Positions 49,252 to 62,665 of a DNA stretch of 64,000 nucleotides are shown here, one piece after another. Made by a program: the position numbers and the translations under genes. Numbering within the stretch: position 1 is the first letter of the stretch; every line of letters starts with the position of its first letter. Source of the DNA: Phyllosticta citribraziliensis (lineage: Eukaryota); the NCBI RefSeq assembly GCF_038025025.1, contig NW_027117347.1, positions 62,001 through 126,000 of the forward strand, read 5' to 3'. The notes below the pieces were generated by a model. That model worked only from the letters and a program-made list of their open reading frames with translations, was not told the DNA's origin and ran no database searches.

Positions 49252-52200
49252 TTAGAAGCCATCGCACCACCTCACATGCTCCTCAACCAACGGATACACA
49301 TCCTCATGCGCATTCCGCCCAATCCAACAATCCAAATGGCCGTACTTGGGCACGACCCTCCGCCGATACAAATCGGGCCCGAACCGGTCTCTCAGCAAGT
49401 CGTACGCCAGACTCGTCGCTTCAGGAGTATACACGACGTTTTCGCCGCCGCTGATGAGCTGGATGGGCAAGCCGCGCAGCCGCTCGACGCCATCCGTGAC
49501 CAGATTCTCGCCGCAGCCGTCCAGCACGACGTTGGGATCCTTCTCCGACTCCTCGGCTTCAATGGCGGCGCGCGCCCCGGCCATCAGGAACGACAGCAGC
49601 CGCATGTGGATGCCGCCGAAGAGGTTGCCGACCTGCGAGTGTGTCGAGCGCGTCAGGTTGGCGTGGACCCAGAGGCGGCTGAAGACAAAGTCGAGGCGGT
49701 GGCAAGCGGCGCTGTTGCAGAGCTCGGCGGAGGAGCCGACGGGGTAGAAGCGCAGGGCTTGGTCGATTGCTTGCTGGATCAGGGGCGAGGAGGGCGGAGA
49801 GTTGATATCGTAGAACGGGTCGCCGGTCAGTGTCTGCACCGTCAGCGATACTCCTCCAACAATGGTCGACTCACCGTGTAGAGATTCGTCAGGCTCGGCA
49901 TACGGGCAGCCCGCGCGTTGACGGCGCCGACCCACTGCGCCAAAAACACCTGACTTGCCGTCAAGCCCTGCAGCCAGCTCGCCGGGAGCGTTCCATCCAA
50001 AAGAGCAGACGCCGTCGCAATCGATCCAACGCAGTGGCACAGGACGTACATCTTGCGGTCCTCACGACTGCGGACAAACTCGGCCGCCGCAAGGACATCA
50101 AGCCGGGCTTCATACGGCGTATACCCCTGCTCTGCGCTAGGCACCGCCCCAAACCGTGGGAGCAGTACGTACACGGTGTAGCCTCTGCCGACAAAGTACT
50201 CGACCGTGTTGACGTTGATCGTCGGAGTAGCAAAGACTTCGTGAGTGGTCGCCGCTCCCACGACAAACAGCAGCGGCCTCCCACCCTTCTCTCGAGGTTC
50301 CCACACCCTCAGCGTCGTCTGCACGCCATCCTTCGCAGTCAAGACAGTCTCCACGGGTGGCGTCTTGGGCAAGTACCCATCCGTGGACATTTTCCGAGCG
50401 TATTCCAAAGATCTCAGTGGACCAAGAAAGTAGTCGGCAGTACTCCTGGCAAAATACCCCAAAAAGCCAGCAATGGGAACCAGTCCGCGCAGACCTTTCT
50501 GATTAGACCCCAAGCTCCTCAACTCAGACTTGAAATTCCCCCAGGAAACACGTAAAACACCTCTTCCAACCAAGGAGCCATCCGTGCGGGTCAGCGTCGT
50601 GTAAAGGGTCGTGGTCGCCTTCCAAGTATTCGAAATGGACCACGACATGTTGGAGTCGAGCCGTTTGCAGCCTTTCAAGTGAAACTCTTCCCCGCTCGTG
50701 CTGAACAGTGTCAATTCGTAATCCAGATTCTTCGCGTCCGAAGTCGTCTGGTCGACCGAGAAAAAGTGCACCCGTCCTCGAACCAACAAGGGATCTCCAG
50801 AAAGAGCACATGAAAAAGTACCCGTAGCCGATGCGCCAAAGTCAGAGTCACAATCCTGCATTGGGACTTCCACGCTGAGATAGAGCCTTGCCGCACTGGA
50901 ACAGCCTCTTGCCACATTCTCAGCAACCACGGCGTCTTCAATGTCGTCGCCGAGATGCAAATGTCCTTGCAAGATCTCCGCAAAACGCACAGATCCGGGA
51001 ATCTCCCCAAAACGCACCTCAGACCCGGGGACGGCGGGTGTCGACCGTTTCGGCTCGCCAAAGAGGTCAAGGCGACCATTTCTCGTCTCATCAATGGTCC
51101 ACCGACCCTGAGCCAGGAGACGGACGGACCGCTCGGCCAAAGCAGTGATTGTGGCAAAGGGGTTCACACCTGATGGTCAGCGCGCTTCACCGGGCACTTG
51201 ATATGGGCTTACCCAATGCCACCGGAACAATCGATCCATCCAGGCAAACCAACCCTTCATAAACCTCACAGCCTTCTCCCGAGTAGACCTGGCCCAAGTG
51301 GTTTGTGACGCCTCCTCTCCCGGTGCCGTCCCTGCTCATCCCGGCGCCGCCCAATGGATGGACGGTGAACTGACTGTACATTGGCGACTTGACCAGTCTG
51401 CCGCCAACGGCCAATGTCGCCTTTTCCAAGACGTCATTCAGCTTCTTGACCCGCTGCGTTCTCCCAACACCAATAAACTGCAGACGCGGCTTGTCGTTCT
51501 CCAGAGTCAAGATTGCCTCGTTGCTGTCGTGCGACATGATCAAATACGTCTGCGTGCGATTGAGCGAGCCGCCTTCCGAGTACGGCCCCAGAAACTTTGT
51601 CTGCGTCTGCGAAAAGAGTTGGCGGAGACTGGTTGCTCCTGGAGCCGTCAGCATCGCGCGCAAGACGGGGGCGAGAGCCTCAGGAATGCAGCCTTCTTCA
51701 ATCACGTATCCATCGAGGACATTCGGCGTCTCCGGTCCGCGATTGTCTATGATGCCGGTAATGGTAGGGCCCGGCGGGCTGTCTCCTGGATGCTCCCGAC
51801 CCACACCATTGACCACCTCGTCGGTGTTGTATCCTGCAACGTCAGCAACGCCAGGCAGGAAAGAATTTACCCACCAAAACTCAAAATGTCGCCGTTTCCA
51901 GACATCTTCTGGCCAACCATCTTGGACATGGTCATTCCGCGCGCCTTTGAGCGGAGCAGAATCTCCGTCGTCCCCAGCGAACCAGCAGCGAGGAAACACA
52001 ACTCTTTCTACTCCAGTCAGCAACGCATGGACACGGAAATGAACACGTACTGCGCGAACCCACATGAGCTCGCTATAAAACTCGTCGCGAAACTTGCCTC
52101 TCTCCCCATGCCAGGCAAAGAAGACGATGTATCCCCTCTCATCGCGCCGAACATGTCGCACTTCGCACTCGCAAAACATCTCCGCGCCCCAGTTCCACGC

Positions 52201-53101
52201 GTCCGGGATGTAGTTCATGAGAACCGAGTTCTTGGAGCCGTCGTTGACGCCGGAGCAGTCCTGGCCCGAGCCCGTCGACGCCTTCATCTCGACGCCAGCC
52301 GCGTTGAGGCCGTCGTGGAAGAAGGTCGTTTGTGGAACGCGGTAGAAGTTTTTCTCCTGACCCAGTGCTTTGGCCTGTTTTTCCAGCACGTTCAGTTTGT
52401 GCAACGAGGGGTAGTCCTCAGGGTAGGGCGTGGGCTGCAGCATGTCGGCGGCGCGTTTGTAATCTGCCTACGTTAGAGGAGACTGTCAAGTGTCGGTCAC
52501 GTACATTGCTCAAGAGCTGCTGGATCGTTTCGAATCTCAGGAGGCCATTCGCCCATCGCCAGAGTCCGGCTGTCGGCTTCGAGAAAGACGTTGGCGTTGA
52601 GTAGTGACGTGCCTCCCAGCCCTGCCGTCGTCAACAACTGGAACGTTCAGGCGGGCAGATGAACGGTACCATGTCCCACAAACGCGTTCTGACCCTCCCC
52701 GACAACGAGATGGTACAATCCCGTCCGCGTCCCAACCTCCTTGGCCGTGTCCCCCGACACGTGCAACTCGGGCATTACATCTGCCATTGCACTTGGATAC
52801 TCCCCAGCTGCCATCGTCAGTATGGACCAACGCGTTGGTAGTTGGACATACGCCACTTTTCCTTGCCCAGCTCCAAGACCGCGACCTGTTTCCCTGCTCT
52901 TGACATCACGCTTGCCGCTACTCCACCTCCGTACCCAGATCCCACTACGACCACGTCGTACTCTGGCCTCATTGTCGGCACCGGCCTGCTGAGACGGGGA
53001 AATCTTGCATGCCGAATCTCATCGGCATGTTTGAGAGGAGTCTTTTCCGATGCAAGTTTCTCATCGGACCACAGCAGATCTGCTTCGGTAAAGGTCGCCA
53101 T
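49252..53101 (-). CDS. GMC/cholesterol-oxidase-like FAD oxidoreductase fused to an alpha/beta-hydrolase domain (multi-exon)
   Basis: YDVVVVGSGYGGGVAA (GxGxxG), GLGGTSLLNANV, TVHPLGGA, NPFATITALAERS, then HCVGS elbow and YGHLDCWIG. Confidence 0.92.
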
Positions 53102-54054
53102 GCTTGATCGTTTACTTCTCAGTAGGTCAACAGGTTAATAAGGGACCAAATGAAAAAGCGGTAGTGCTGACGGGTTCACACAGGGCGCCCTACATATGCA
53201 AGACGACGCCGACTCGCACGCAGAGCCAGACTGGGGCATTCCTCCGCCTGTACACCTGTATCGTCCTCAAACCTCACCAATGACTGGCCCGGTGGGTGGT
53301 TCGGGCAATGGCCGGATGCAAACAGCGCATCGCATTTGCTAGTCTTTTCGGACCCCAAGAAATAGACTATTAGCCTGTACGCGTGACGGCCTGTGGCCTC
53401 AGATTCAGACTCGAGTTCTGACCACGGACGCAAAACTCAGCTTATCGCTGACCAGACCGAGCCAATAATCGACGCGACGGACATTTCTACGCTTCCCATC
53501 TCCATTCAGGTCGGATACTCACTCTTTAGGCAACATGTGCCGACCCCAGCTTCTCGTCGACGGTTCCTTCCGAAGAGTGCTGAAGCGAGGCAACATTGGC
53601 GACTCGTCAATCAAGACTCGGCGCGTGGCTTGTCGATACGGTCCTGAAGGATCAGTTCAACCAAGGGGCCGTGAGTTGCTCCGCGGGATTGGACGATCGA
53701 CGTCGGGGGCGGCAATCTGATATGGGGGCGAAGTGACAGGTCGGACGGATGAGAAAGACTCGCTTTGAATGCGGCACTCCGCAAGGACGCCGATGATTGA
53801 AATACAGTGACTGAAATTAGAAAGTACAGTGGAACCAGTCAACCATGAATGATGACCGGGAATCGCAAAATGACGAGAAGAAATTGACCACGTGTCGAAC
53901 GCTAGATTAAGGGGTATATGGAAGATGCAGGTCCTCCGTCCAATATGTACAACAGTCCAGCCAGTCGGCGTCGAAATGATTCCCGGTCTGGCTGCGGCAA
54001 TAGAAGACTGCGCCTGGATGCCTTGTGGCCTTGACGGGTCGCATTTCAAGACAG

Positions 54055-55197
54055 CTAAGCATCCTCAGCGTGACTGTGAAACTGGCCAAACTGCTCTTCC
54101 TCGTAAGAGAGGTCGGATCCCTCACCACTAATCCTAGGAGCAGGCGGCAAGGGCTTCATGGTCGGCAGTGACTTCATCGTCATGTTTGGCAGCGACTTCA
54201 TGGTGTCGTAAACGGCCTCCCCAGAAGAGCTCAGAGAGTCACGACCGTCTTTCTCAGTCTGGAACAAAAGACCTTGTCCCTCCTCCGCATGCATCCAATC
54301 CTCCATCCACCGAGTGTCGAAAAATTGTCTGTAGCCCTGCTGAATGGCGCGACCTCTCCTGTAAAGAAGGGCAATCGAGCTCATGACAGCGGCCACGGCG
54401 AGGACGCCTCCACTGACGGCCATGTAGATGCCAGCGCGCTCCCAGATGTGCAAGCCCAGCTCTCCAAAGTTTTTCATGACATTGTGTCGCATGCTGCCGA
54501 TGCGCCCATGCTGATCAAAGTTTTGACGCCAGAAGAAACGGTAGTACGGATAGTGTTCGGTTTCGGCGCAGCGCCAGCTACGTGACGTGCAGATGGGGAG
54601 CTGCTCGGGGGTTTGGAGGGAGTAGTCGGCGGGTCGGTCAAGGAGTTGGACGTCGGAGATTTTGAACGTCGTGGGGAGGGTGGTTGCGTGATCGAGGGAG
54701 ACTTGGACGATCTTTTGGGTCGCGCTGCCGAGAAGCGTCGTCTCATTTGATCCACGCGGACTGGCACCCAGAATATCGACGAGAATCTTTGGCGCCGTGG
54801 TCCACTTTGCGGCGTTTTCCTCGTCCTCGGGGGAGACGACGCGGGCAAAGTCGAGCTCATGCCGGGAGCCTCCCGCAGCTCCGACGCAGCTCCCTGCCTC
54901 GACGTCTTTGAGGTCACCGATTGAAAAGTTTGTGGGTACCGAGCAAGCGTCAAAGGTGGTTGGAGAGTCGGGGCAAGGAAAGGGAAATATCGGTCGATCG
55001 TTGAAGAGGAGAGTGCGGTTGTCGCGGCTCATGGTGAAGTTCAGAACGAATGCACTCTCGCCTGCGAGCCCAGACGAGTACCCAGGGGTGTCGAGCTTCA
55101 GGGTCTGGCTGCGCTCATCCTGCGCGATGGCGACGTCGGCCAGGGAGAGATAGGGGATGCTCAGAGAGAGCAGAGCCCAGGAGAGACGAGAATACAT
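54055..55197 (-). CDS. Fungal hypothetical protein with signal peptide and one TM helix
   Basis: MYSRLSWALLSLSIPYLSLA signal-like start at ATG 55197. TM segment IYMAVSGGVLAVAAVMSSIALLY followed by a basic stop-transfer. Confidence 0.8.
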   Translation of the reverse strand: MYSRLSWALLSLSIPYLSLADVAIAQDERSQTLKLDTPGYSSGLAGESAFVLNFTMSRDNRTLLFNDRPIFPFPCPDSPTTFDACSVPTNFSIGDLKDVEAGSCVGAAGGSRHELDFARVVSPEDEENAAKWTTAPKILVDILGASPRGSNETTLLGSATQKIVQVSLDHATTLPTTFKISDVQLLDRPADYSLQTPEQLPICTSRSWRCAETEHYPYYRFFWRQNFDQHGRIGSMRHNVMKNFGELGLHIWERAGIYMAVSGGVLAVAAVMSSIALLYRRGRAIQQGYRQFFDTRWMEDWMHAEEGQGLLFQTEKDGRDSLSSSGEAVYDTMKSLPNMTMKSLPTMKPLPPAPRISGEGSDLSYEEEQFGQFHSHAEDA

Positions 55198-56654
55198 GAA
55201 TTGAACGTGCAAAGGACCAAAGGAGTGTGGGTGGTCAGAAGACCAGTAAAGAGAGTGACAGACTGTAAGACAGGCAGGAAGGCCGCAACCTTTGCTGGTG
55301 AGAGGCGAGGATGAGGCGGAGGTGTTGACCTTCGACGCACGTCCATCACCTAAAGATAAGATAAGCCGATACGATCTCCGCGATTGACCCGGACCCGGAT
55401 GACCACGCCTTGTGAACGCTCCTCGTGCCATCTTGCTGTCCATCTTTCTCTTGACATGTATTGGTTCCAGCGGTGCATGAGCCCATTCCACCGCACGCAG
55501 AAGCAGTTGTCGTGGTCGACGAGTCCATGGCAACACCCCTTAATCAAGAGCACGACCACACCGCACGAGACTACCCGTAAGCAGATCATTGCCGTCAGAA
55601 TCCTTTGACCTGAAACAGAGCAACCCCTGGCTTTTACGATGGAAGAGCTTCTTGAGCTACGCGAGCGATGAAGTTGAAGTCTTTGACACATACAGGCATA
55701 TAGCACCACGTTGAAGATCGATCTCTGCCCAAAACCACCCGAGAGTGAGAGACTGGCTCCTCAGTCGACCAGACCTAAAGCTTGACATGCTTGCTGCTCA
55801 CTACTTGGCGATCAGGCAGACATCTGAGCCGTAAAGATAGAATAAGGCTGCCAACAAGCTCGGCCTCTCCAGTTCTTGACCATCAGACGCGATGCGATTA
55901 CTACTTCTTCCATTTGAATAAGGGTCCATCCAAGTGCCGGACCACAAAGTCAAATGCCTCCAAGTTTACCATCTCTCCGCTTGGTCTCCGGGTTTCTTTC
56001 TCAAAGGACCGACAAGGTCGATCAAGCCCGACGCAATCGATCTTAAAGGTTGCGATATCTTCAACCGTCCTTACTCATCGCTCCAATCCATGAAACCCAG
56101 AATCCAGGTACCGCTGTGGTTGGGTTCGCATGGAAACGAATCAGTCAAACCAAAGTTCGCAAAGATCCCAGCCACTCTCAACCGCAACGTCTGGTCTGTC
56201 GCGTCGCATTGAGCCTCGCTATCCAACAGGCACCATTCAAGCACCAACCAAGTAACTATATCGTTGGCATGGTTCAACACGACTGCGAGATGCAAAGCGA
56301 CTCGACGTTCGGTACAAAGTATAAAACCAAATTCAGTGTGCGCCATCGCGGGAGCCGAAGACGCCATCCTCGCCCTATAGGCGGCGGCAGCAAGCACATC
56401 ATCGTCGCCTGCAATCATGCCATGCCTGCACATCCCGCCCGCCAGCATCCACACGCACGCGCTGCGACTTTTATTCAAGACGATGGCTCAATCGGTCGGC
56501 TGAATGTACTCAATTCTTGGTGTCGCGTCCGCGAAGACCCGTCGACTCGAGTAATGTTGTTTGGGCCGCTGTTGACGCGATGATTTGGTAGCGGTTTATA
56601 GTGCGGTTGCCGTGTATCTGGTCGTTGGACTTCACTGATTGAACTCAACTCATC

Positions 56655-59128
56655 ATGACTGCAAAACTGGCTGCCAGGGCCGCTGGCTCTGCAGCATCCA
56701 GCTCGGAAGCCTTATCGCCGCCTCTGTCGCAAGCCGTGGGATACATTGTGGTGTTGGTGATCGGACTCATCATTGCGTTTTGTAAGATTGTCTGCGCATC
56801 GCTTCCTCGCTGACGGTGGCAGGCATGGTCTTCGTGACGAGATTGCTCAAGAAGACGGTCGGCGAGGACAACCAAAAGACGGAAGTGTTCATGACGGCGA
56901 ATCGCAGCGTCACAAGAGGCCTCACCTCGTCTGCGGTCGTCTCGGTACGTGTCACCAAAGCGTCGAATACCGCTTGCTCACAACCTCAAGTCATGGCTTT
57001 GGAGCACGGCAATGCTGGGCTCGTCCTTCGTCGGGTACGATTATGGAGTCGCTGGACCATTCTGGTTTGCCGCCGGATGCAGTCCAATGATTGTCTTCTT
57101 TGCTCTGCTGGGAATTTCGTGCAAGAGGAAGATTCCCGAGGCGCACACGTTGCTTGAGATTGTTCGGATCCGCTACGGTGAGTTGGACGCTTTGCTGTGG
57201 CCTGGCTGACGCGAATAGGAAAACTTGCACACGTCATTTACATGATTCTGTGTCTGCTCAACAACCTCTTTGCGTGCGCAAACATGCTGCTCGGAGCATC
57301 TGCCGTCATCACTTCCATGTCAGTCAACTGACCCATTCCATCCGCAAGCTTACCCGAATAGGACCGGGATGCACATCATCGCAGCGACATTTCTCCTCCC
57401 AGTCGGCGTCGCCTTGTACACCTTTGTCGGCGGCATCAAAGCCACGTAAGTTACAGGATCCAAGCCTTGCGTTGCTAACGGGACAGATTTTTGACCGACT
57501 ACTTCCACACGTTTACCATAGTCATCATCCTGTGCTTCCTCACAGCCAAAACCTTTACGATTGATGAAATCGACTCCGTCGGCCATCTGTACGACCTCGT
57601 AAAAGCGGCTGGCGCTCGTCATCCAGTCGCCGACAACCACGACGGATCGTACCTGACCATGGCATCGAAAGGGGTAATCCGACTTTGAAGACAATGGACG
57701 CCAGCTGATTGGGATAGGGCATCCTCTTTGGCATCCTCCACATCTGCGCAAACTTTGGACTCGTCATTGTACGTCAACCAGCGATATCCCCGGATCAGCT
57801 GACAAGGTAGATGGACACGAGCTTCTTCATCAAGGCGTTTGCCGCCTCGCCGTCGTCAGTCGTCCCAGGCTACGTCATTGGCGGATTGGCCTACTTTGCC
57901 ATCCCCTGGGCGGGCGGGACGCTTGCCAGCTCGATCGTGCTGGGACTGGAACCGGACTCGATATTTCCCACATACCCGCGGGTAAGTCTCGTCCGCGCAA
58001 GTGTCCGCGTCAGTAACGACTAACGACACAGCGAATGACGGCAACCGAAGTGAGCAACGGGCTGGTGCTGCCCTACGCCTTTATGATTGTCGCCGGCAAA
58101 GGCGGCGCCGCGTGCGTCCTGCTCATCACCTTCATGGCCGTGACGTCCACGCTGTCGGCGCAGGTCATTGCCGTCAGCTCCATCATCAGCTTCGACATGT
58201 ACCGCACGTGGGTGAATCCTCAGGCAACGGACGGCGACGTGATCCGCTGGAGCCACTACGGCGTCGTCTTCTTTGCCATCTTTGCCGCCGCCTTTAGCAC
58301 CATGCTGCACTACGTCGGCGTCGACTTGGGATGGACGCTGTACATGCTGGGTCAGTCCTCTTCTAATTCATTGGGTACGCGCTGACCTCACAGGCGTCAT
58401 CACCTGTCCCGGAATCTTCCCCACCACCTTCACAATCCTCTGGAAGCGCCAGAGCCGCATGGCCGCCATCGTCGCCCCCGTCCTCGGCTTCTTCACCGGC
58501 CTCGCCGTCTGGCTTGGAACCGCGCACGCGCTCTTCGGCGAAGTAACGATCAAATCAACCGGCGGCATCGTGCCGTGCGTCTGGGGGACGGTAACCTCCA
58601 CCTTCTCGCCGATCCCGTACTCGCTCATCATCACGGCGTTCAACCCGCAAAATTACGACTGGGCCGACTTCCGCAAGGAGCGGCTGGCGTTCGAGGTGGA
58701 CGCGACGGCGACGCGCGACGCGCTGACGGAGGAGCTGGAGACGGCCGACGTGCACGCTCAGACGAACCTGAAGCGCTGGGGCCGCATCGCCGCGTACTGG
58801 AGCATCGCGACGTTTCTGGGGCATTGGGTGCTGTGGCCGCTGCCCATGTACGCGGCGCACTACATTTTCTCCAAATCGGTGAGTGAGATCCCGTGGGCGC
58901 GCTTGTTCTGACTCGGTCTAGTTTTACATTGCCTGGCTCGTCGTGGCAATCATTTGGCTGTGGGGCACGCTGTTCGTCGTCGGCTTCTACCCCCTGATCG
59001 ATGGCCGTGCCCAGATCATAGCCGTGTGGAAGGGCATGCGTGGGTCGCCACCGCGGCGGGAGAGCAGCACCGAGTCTGTCAACGTGGTCGAGACGTCGGC
59101 CGAGACCAAGGAAGTAGACGAGAGATAG
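56655..59128 (+). CDS. DUR3: Urea active transporter, sodium:solute symporter family (multi-exon)
   Basis: PPLSQAVGY, EVFMTANRSV, SWLWSTAMLGS, YGVAGPFWFAAG, AHTLLEIVRIRYG, GGIKA, TDYFHT, GSYLTMAS and LWPLPMY. Several ~50-nt introns. Confidence 0.92.
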
Positions 59129-59807
59129 ACGCGCGTTGGATGTCTGCTTTGGATCCGAGGCGTTGGGGTCGTTCGTCGCACCGTTCTCTTCTCGAGCACT
59201 ACTACAACAATTCAGTCGCGTGCCGTGGCAATTCTGAGGCGGTCCCATTTCCATGTCGTGCATGTCCACAGCCGGACGTCCAACGCCCTGGTTGGATCTG
59301 ATTAGATGATGCATCAGCATCCACTGCCCGGCAGCCCGCCTGGTGCTCCCTTCCCGCAACTTGCTCTGGAGTCAGTGCCACGAAGTCGGCATGGCCCGTC
59401 TGGTGTGGAGAATCGGAGGTTTGAGGGCAGTAAAGACGGCAATGATGGATGCGTACGGAGTAGCTGTATCCGCCAAACATCTGCTATCCAGATACAATGT
59501 CAGACAGCGCACCCGAGCCAGATTGATCAAGCAGCCCGGCCCGAACAGGCACGCGGCAATCGACCAATCAAATCGACTTCAGATCTAGACAAAGTTGATC
59601 TGCACTGATCCCGGTGACACGCGATGACGTCTGGAGTTCGACCAGAGAGGAAGAGTGCCGCTTTCCCGGACCCCGACCATCTTCCGGCCTCATCTCCTGC
59701 CAATGAGCTTAGAATGACGCAAACCAGATTGACGACCGGTGCGTCAGTATATAGATCAAGCCAAGCACGCCAAGCGCAACACCACACCAGGACATCACCA
59801 AGGCATC

Positions 59808-61061
59808 ATGTCGAAAAAGTCGCTCGCGATCATCGGGTCCGGCTGGGCCGGCTTCACACTCTCGCAAAAGGCGTCGCTGGCCAAGTACGACGTGACCGTC
59901 ATCTCGCCCATCCGGACAATCCAATACACGCCGCTGCTGGCCAGCGCCGCGTGCGGGCTATTCAACTTCCGGCTGGCCGAGGAACCCGTCAAACGCAAGA
60001 CGCGTTCCGACGTCAAGTACTTCAAGGCCGTGGCCGACGACATCGACTTTGAGAAGCGCGTCATCCGCTGCAAGACGTCGACGCGCATCGGCGACGAAGA
60101 CCCCAGCACCTTTGATGTCCGCTACGACAAGGTGTGCATTGCGCCAGGCTGCGACATTCAGGACTTTGGAACGCCCGGCGCAAAGGAGCATGCGTTGTTT
60201 CTGCGGACGACCAACGACGCGCGGTTGATTCAGCAGCGGGTCCTGGAGATGCTGGACAAGGCGTCGCTCCCCACCACCACCGACGCCGAGCAGCGCGACA
60301 TTCTCAACATTCGCATCGTGGGCGGCGGCGCCATTGGGATTGAAGCCGCGGCCGAGCTGTACGACCTGTGGGCCGAGGAGATGCGCTTCCTCTACCCGCA
60401 CCTGGACGGCAAGCTGACCATCACCATCCACGACGTGGCGCCCTCAATTCTGTCGACGTTCGACTCGCGGCTGAGCGAGTACGCCACGCAGTCGCTCAAA
60501 GGCAAACACGTCCAACTCAAGACGTCATCTCACATTCAAAAAGTCGAAGCCGACGCCATCTTCACCAAGGAGGACGGCCGCCTACCGTTTGGGTTGCTGA
60601 TCTGGGCCACCGGAAACAAGGCCAGCTCCCTCGTCCAAAAGTTGCCGGTCAAAAAACCAGACGGCGGCCTGCCTCGCATCCTCACCGACAAGCACCTCCG
60701 AGTCCTGCGTCCTGATGGCAGTCCGATGGAAGACGTCTACGGCTTGGGAGACGCGGCCGACATTGAAGGCGAGTCTCTGCCCACCTTGGCCGAGGTCGCC
60801 CTTCAAAAGGGAGAGTACCTCGCCAACGCATTAAACTCGGAATCCACGCAACCGTTCGAGTACAAGCAGAGAGCCCTTTTGGCCTACTTGGGCCGTCACG
60901 ATGGCATCATTGGTGGACGCCAGGACTGGACGGGTGCAAGCGCGTGGTTGGCGTGGAGGTCTGGAAGTTTGGCGTGGACAAGGAGCTGGCGGAGGAGAAT
61001 CTTCATTTCCATCAGTTGGCTCTTTGTATGGCTGGGCGGAAGAGATATTGCGAGGCCATAG
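59808..61061 (+). CDS. Type II (alternative) NADH:quinone oxidoreductase-like flavoprotein
   Basis: IIGSGWAG, YTPLLASAACG, FGTPGAKEHALFL, IVGGGAIGIE, GLGDAA, LPTLAEVALQKG and LAYLG. Confidence 0.93.
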   Translation: MSKKSLAIIGSGWAGFTLSQKASLAKYDVTVISPIRTIQYTPLLASAACGLFNFRLAEEPVKRKTRSDVKYFKAVADDIDFEKRVIRCKTSTRIGDEDPSTFDVRYDKVCIAPGCDIQDFGTPGAKEHALFLRTTNDARLIQQRVLEMLDKASLPTTTDAEQRDILNIRIVGGGAIGIEAAAELYDLWAEEMRFLYPHLDGKLTITIHDVAPSILSTFDSRLSEYATQSLKGKHVQLKTSSHIQKVEADAIFTKEDGRLPFGLLIWATGNKASSLVQKLPVKKPDGGLPRILTDKHLRVLRPDGSPMEDVYGLGDAADIEGESLPTLAEVALQKGEYLANALNSESTQPFEYKQRALLAYLGRHDGIIGGRQDWTGASAWLAWRSGSLAWTRSWRRRIFISISWLFVWLGGRDIARP

Positions 61062-61139
61062 ACTTTATTCTGGTAGTTTAGTATTCTAGTTCACTCCAAT
61101 GAGGCGTCGAGTGATCTGATATTTGTACAGGGACCCGTC

Positions 61140-62414
61140 TCACTTCTTGTCCGTGAATGTGACTTTTCCGTCTTTGCCCACTTCGGCAAACGTGACCTTC
61201 TCAGGCTTCTCCGGCTTGGCCGATTCTGCTTTCTCCTGGTCCAGGGTGGCCTGAACGCTCCCCGCAGGACTGTCGGCAATCTCGTTAATGTCCCGCGTAG
61301 TCAGACTGTCGCTGAGGCGGGATCCCCGAGACTGGATGAGGATGGTGGAGGGTCCACGGAATTGGAGGAAGAGCTATCAAGTCAGCTCCAGACTTTTTCA
61401 CAGCAAGAAACATACCCTGTCGCCCCAAATGGTCTTCCGAGTCCACGTCCTCAGAGTGAAAAACACCCGGGCCATGGTCTTCCACACTTCACTCTTTCGC
61501 ATTTCATTGAAAAACCTAGTGTCCGGGAAGGCCTTGATTCCAGGGATTTGAAAGCGGAAGGATGTCGACTTGAAGCGGTATGGAGTTGGCGGGGTCTTGT
61601 TCATGGTGTACGCCAGAACATTACTGTACGAGTCAGCACTGCTTGACAAGGGCCTGCTCGGACTGCCGACTACCTTGGATGCACAATGTATTCCTCGCCA
61701 GCCTTGAGCTGGACTTGGTAAATTTGACCCTTGCCAACCAATGCAAGTAGACCCCTGCCAGTAACGAGGGAGCTACCCCAATGCGCCAAGCTCTTCACCA
61801 GTCAGCCATGCTCTCCAGCCTGCTCTCGCGAATTGGGACCTACCAAGTTTGTGTTTAACCTAGGCTTCACGCCCAAAGAGTGGCCGGTCCATGCCAACAA
61901 GCCGTTCCGCTGAGCGACCAACCAGTCTAGCCTTCCATCGAGGTGAACAACGGCAAAACTCGAGACTGGACTCTTTGCGGCAATCAGAGCGGTTATGGGA
62001 GAGGCCGAGGATATTTTCTGGTAGAGACACGGTATGCCTAGGGGGGCACGGCTGACGGGTTCCAGCAGCGACAGAGTGGAAACGGTGTTTTCGGCCTTGC
62101 CATTGACGGCGACGAGGGTTCCACGGCGGGTGTAGAGGTTTTGAGAGGCGGAGAGAGAGACGGAGAGGAGCGAGTACGGGGCGCCGAGGACTTCGAACCG
62201 AGCATCTGATTGTTCAGTATAGCAATTGAGGGGAGAAGGAAGACATACCCAATGTTGACTCTGCAGGCGAAACATCTTGGTCAAGGTTGGGCGAGGTCGT
62301 CGACGGGGTCGCGCTAATGTGGATTTGGCGCTGTACGAGAGGAGAAGTGCGCGCCCAGCATGAGCGGCAGAGAGACCTTGAGCTCAGAGCTGAGCTTTGG
62401 CGGAGCGGGCGCAT
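61140..62414 (-). CDS. AIM24: Mitochondrial AIM24-family protein (multi-exon)
   Basis: Arg/Ser-rich presequence, [38 protein letters not shown] and [10 protein letters not shown]. Ends ...[10 protein letters not shown]. Confidence 0.85.
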
Positions 62415-62665
62415 GATGCAGATGAGGCGAGCTCGAAAGCTGGACGATGTCGAAATGATGCCGCGGCGGCTGACGGAGAGAAACACCGGCCCGACGCCAA
62501 GCCCGACGCCAAGCGCGGCACTCTCACGGCATTGCGTGCGACTTGCACCATTGCCATCACCACTCGTCTCTCTTCTTCAATCACCTTCAATCCACTCCTC
62601 CGCCTCTCCACCTCTCCACCTCATCGCTTGAGACATGGGGCAGCCGCTGTCGTAAGCTGAACAAA
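62415..62665. promoter_or_regulatory. Putative bidirectional promoter between AIM24 and ATM1
   Basis: Start codons are head-to-head ~250 bp apart, with a CT-rich tract at 62565-62625. Confidence 0.55.

Noticed and set aside
44826..52476. Long plus-strand ORFs such as 44826..45767, 49276..49881 and 51298..52476
   Set aside because: Antisense shadows of the GC3-rich OPT and GMC genes.
55350..56650. GATA (nitrogen-regulation) sites upstream of DUR3
   Set aside because: A few GATA(A) words are present (e.g. ~55354-55364) but are not clearly enriched or assignable to either divergent gene.
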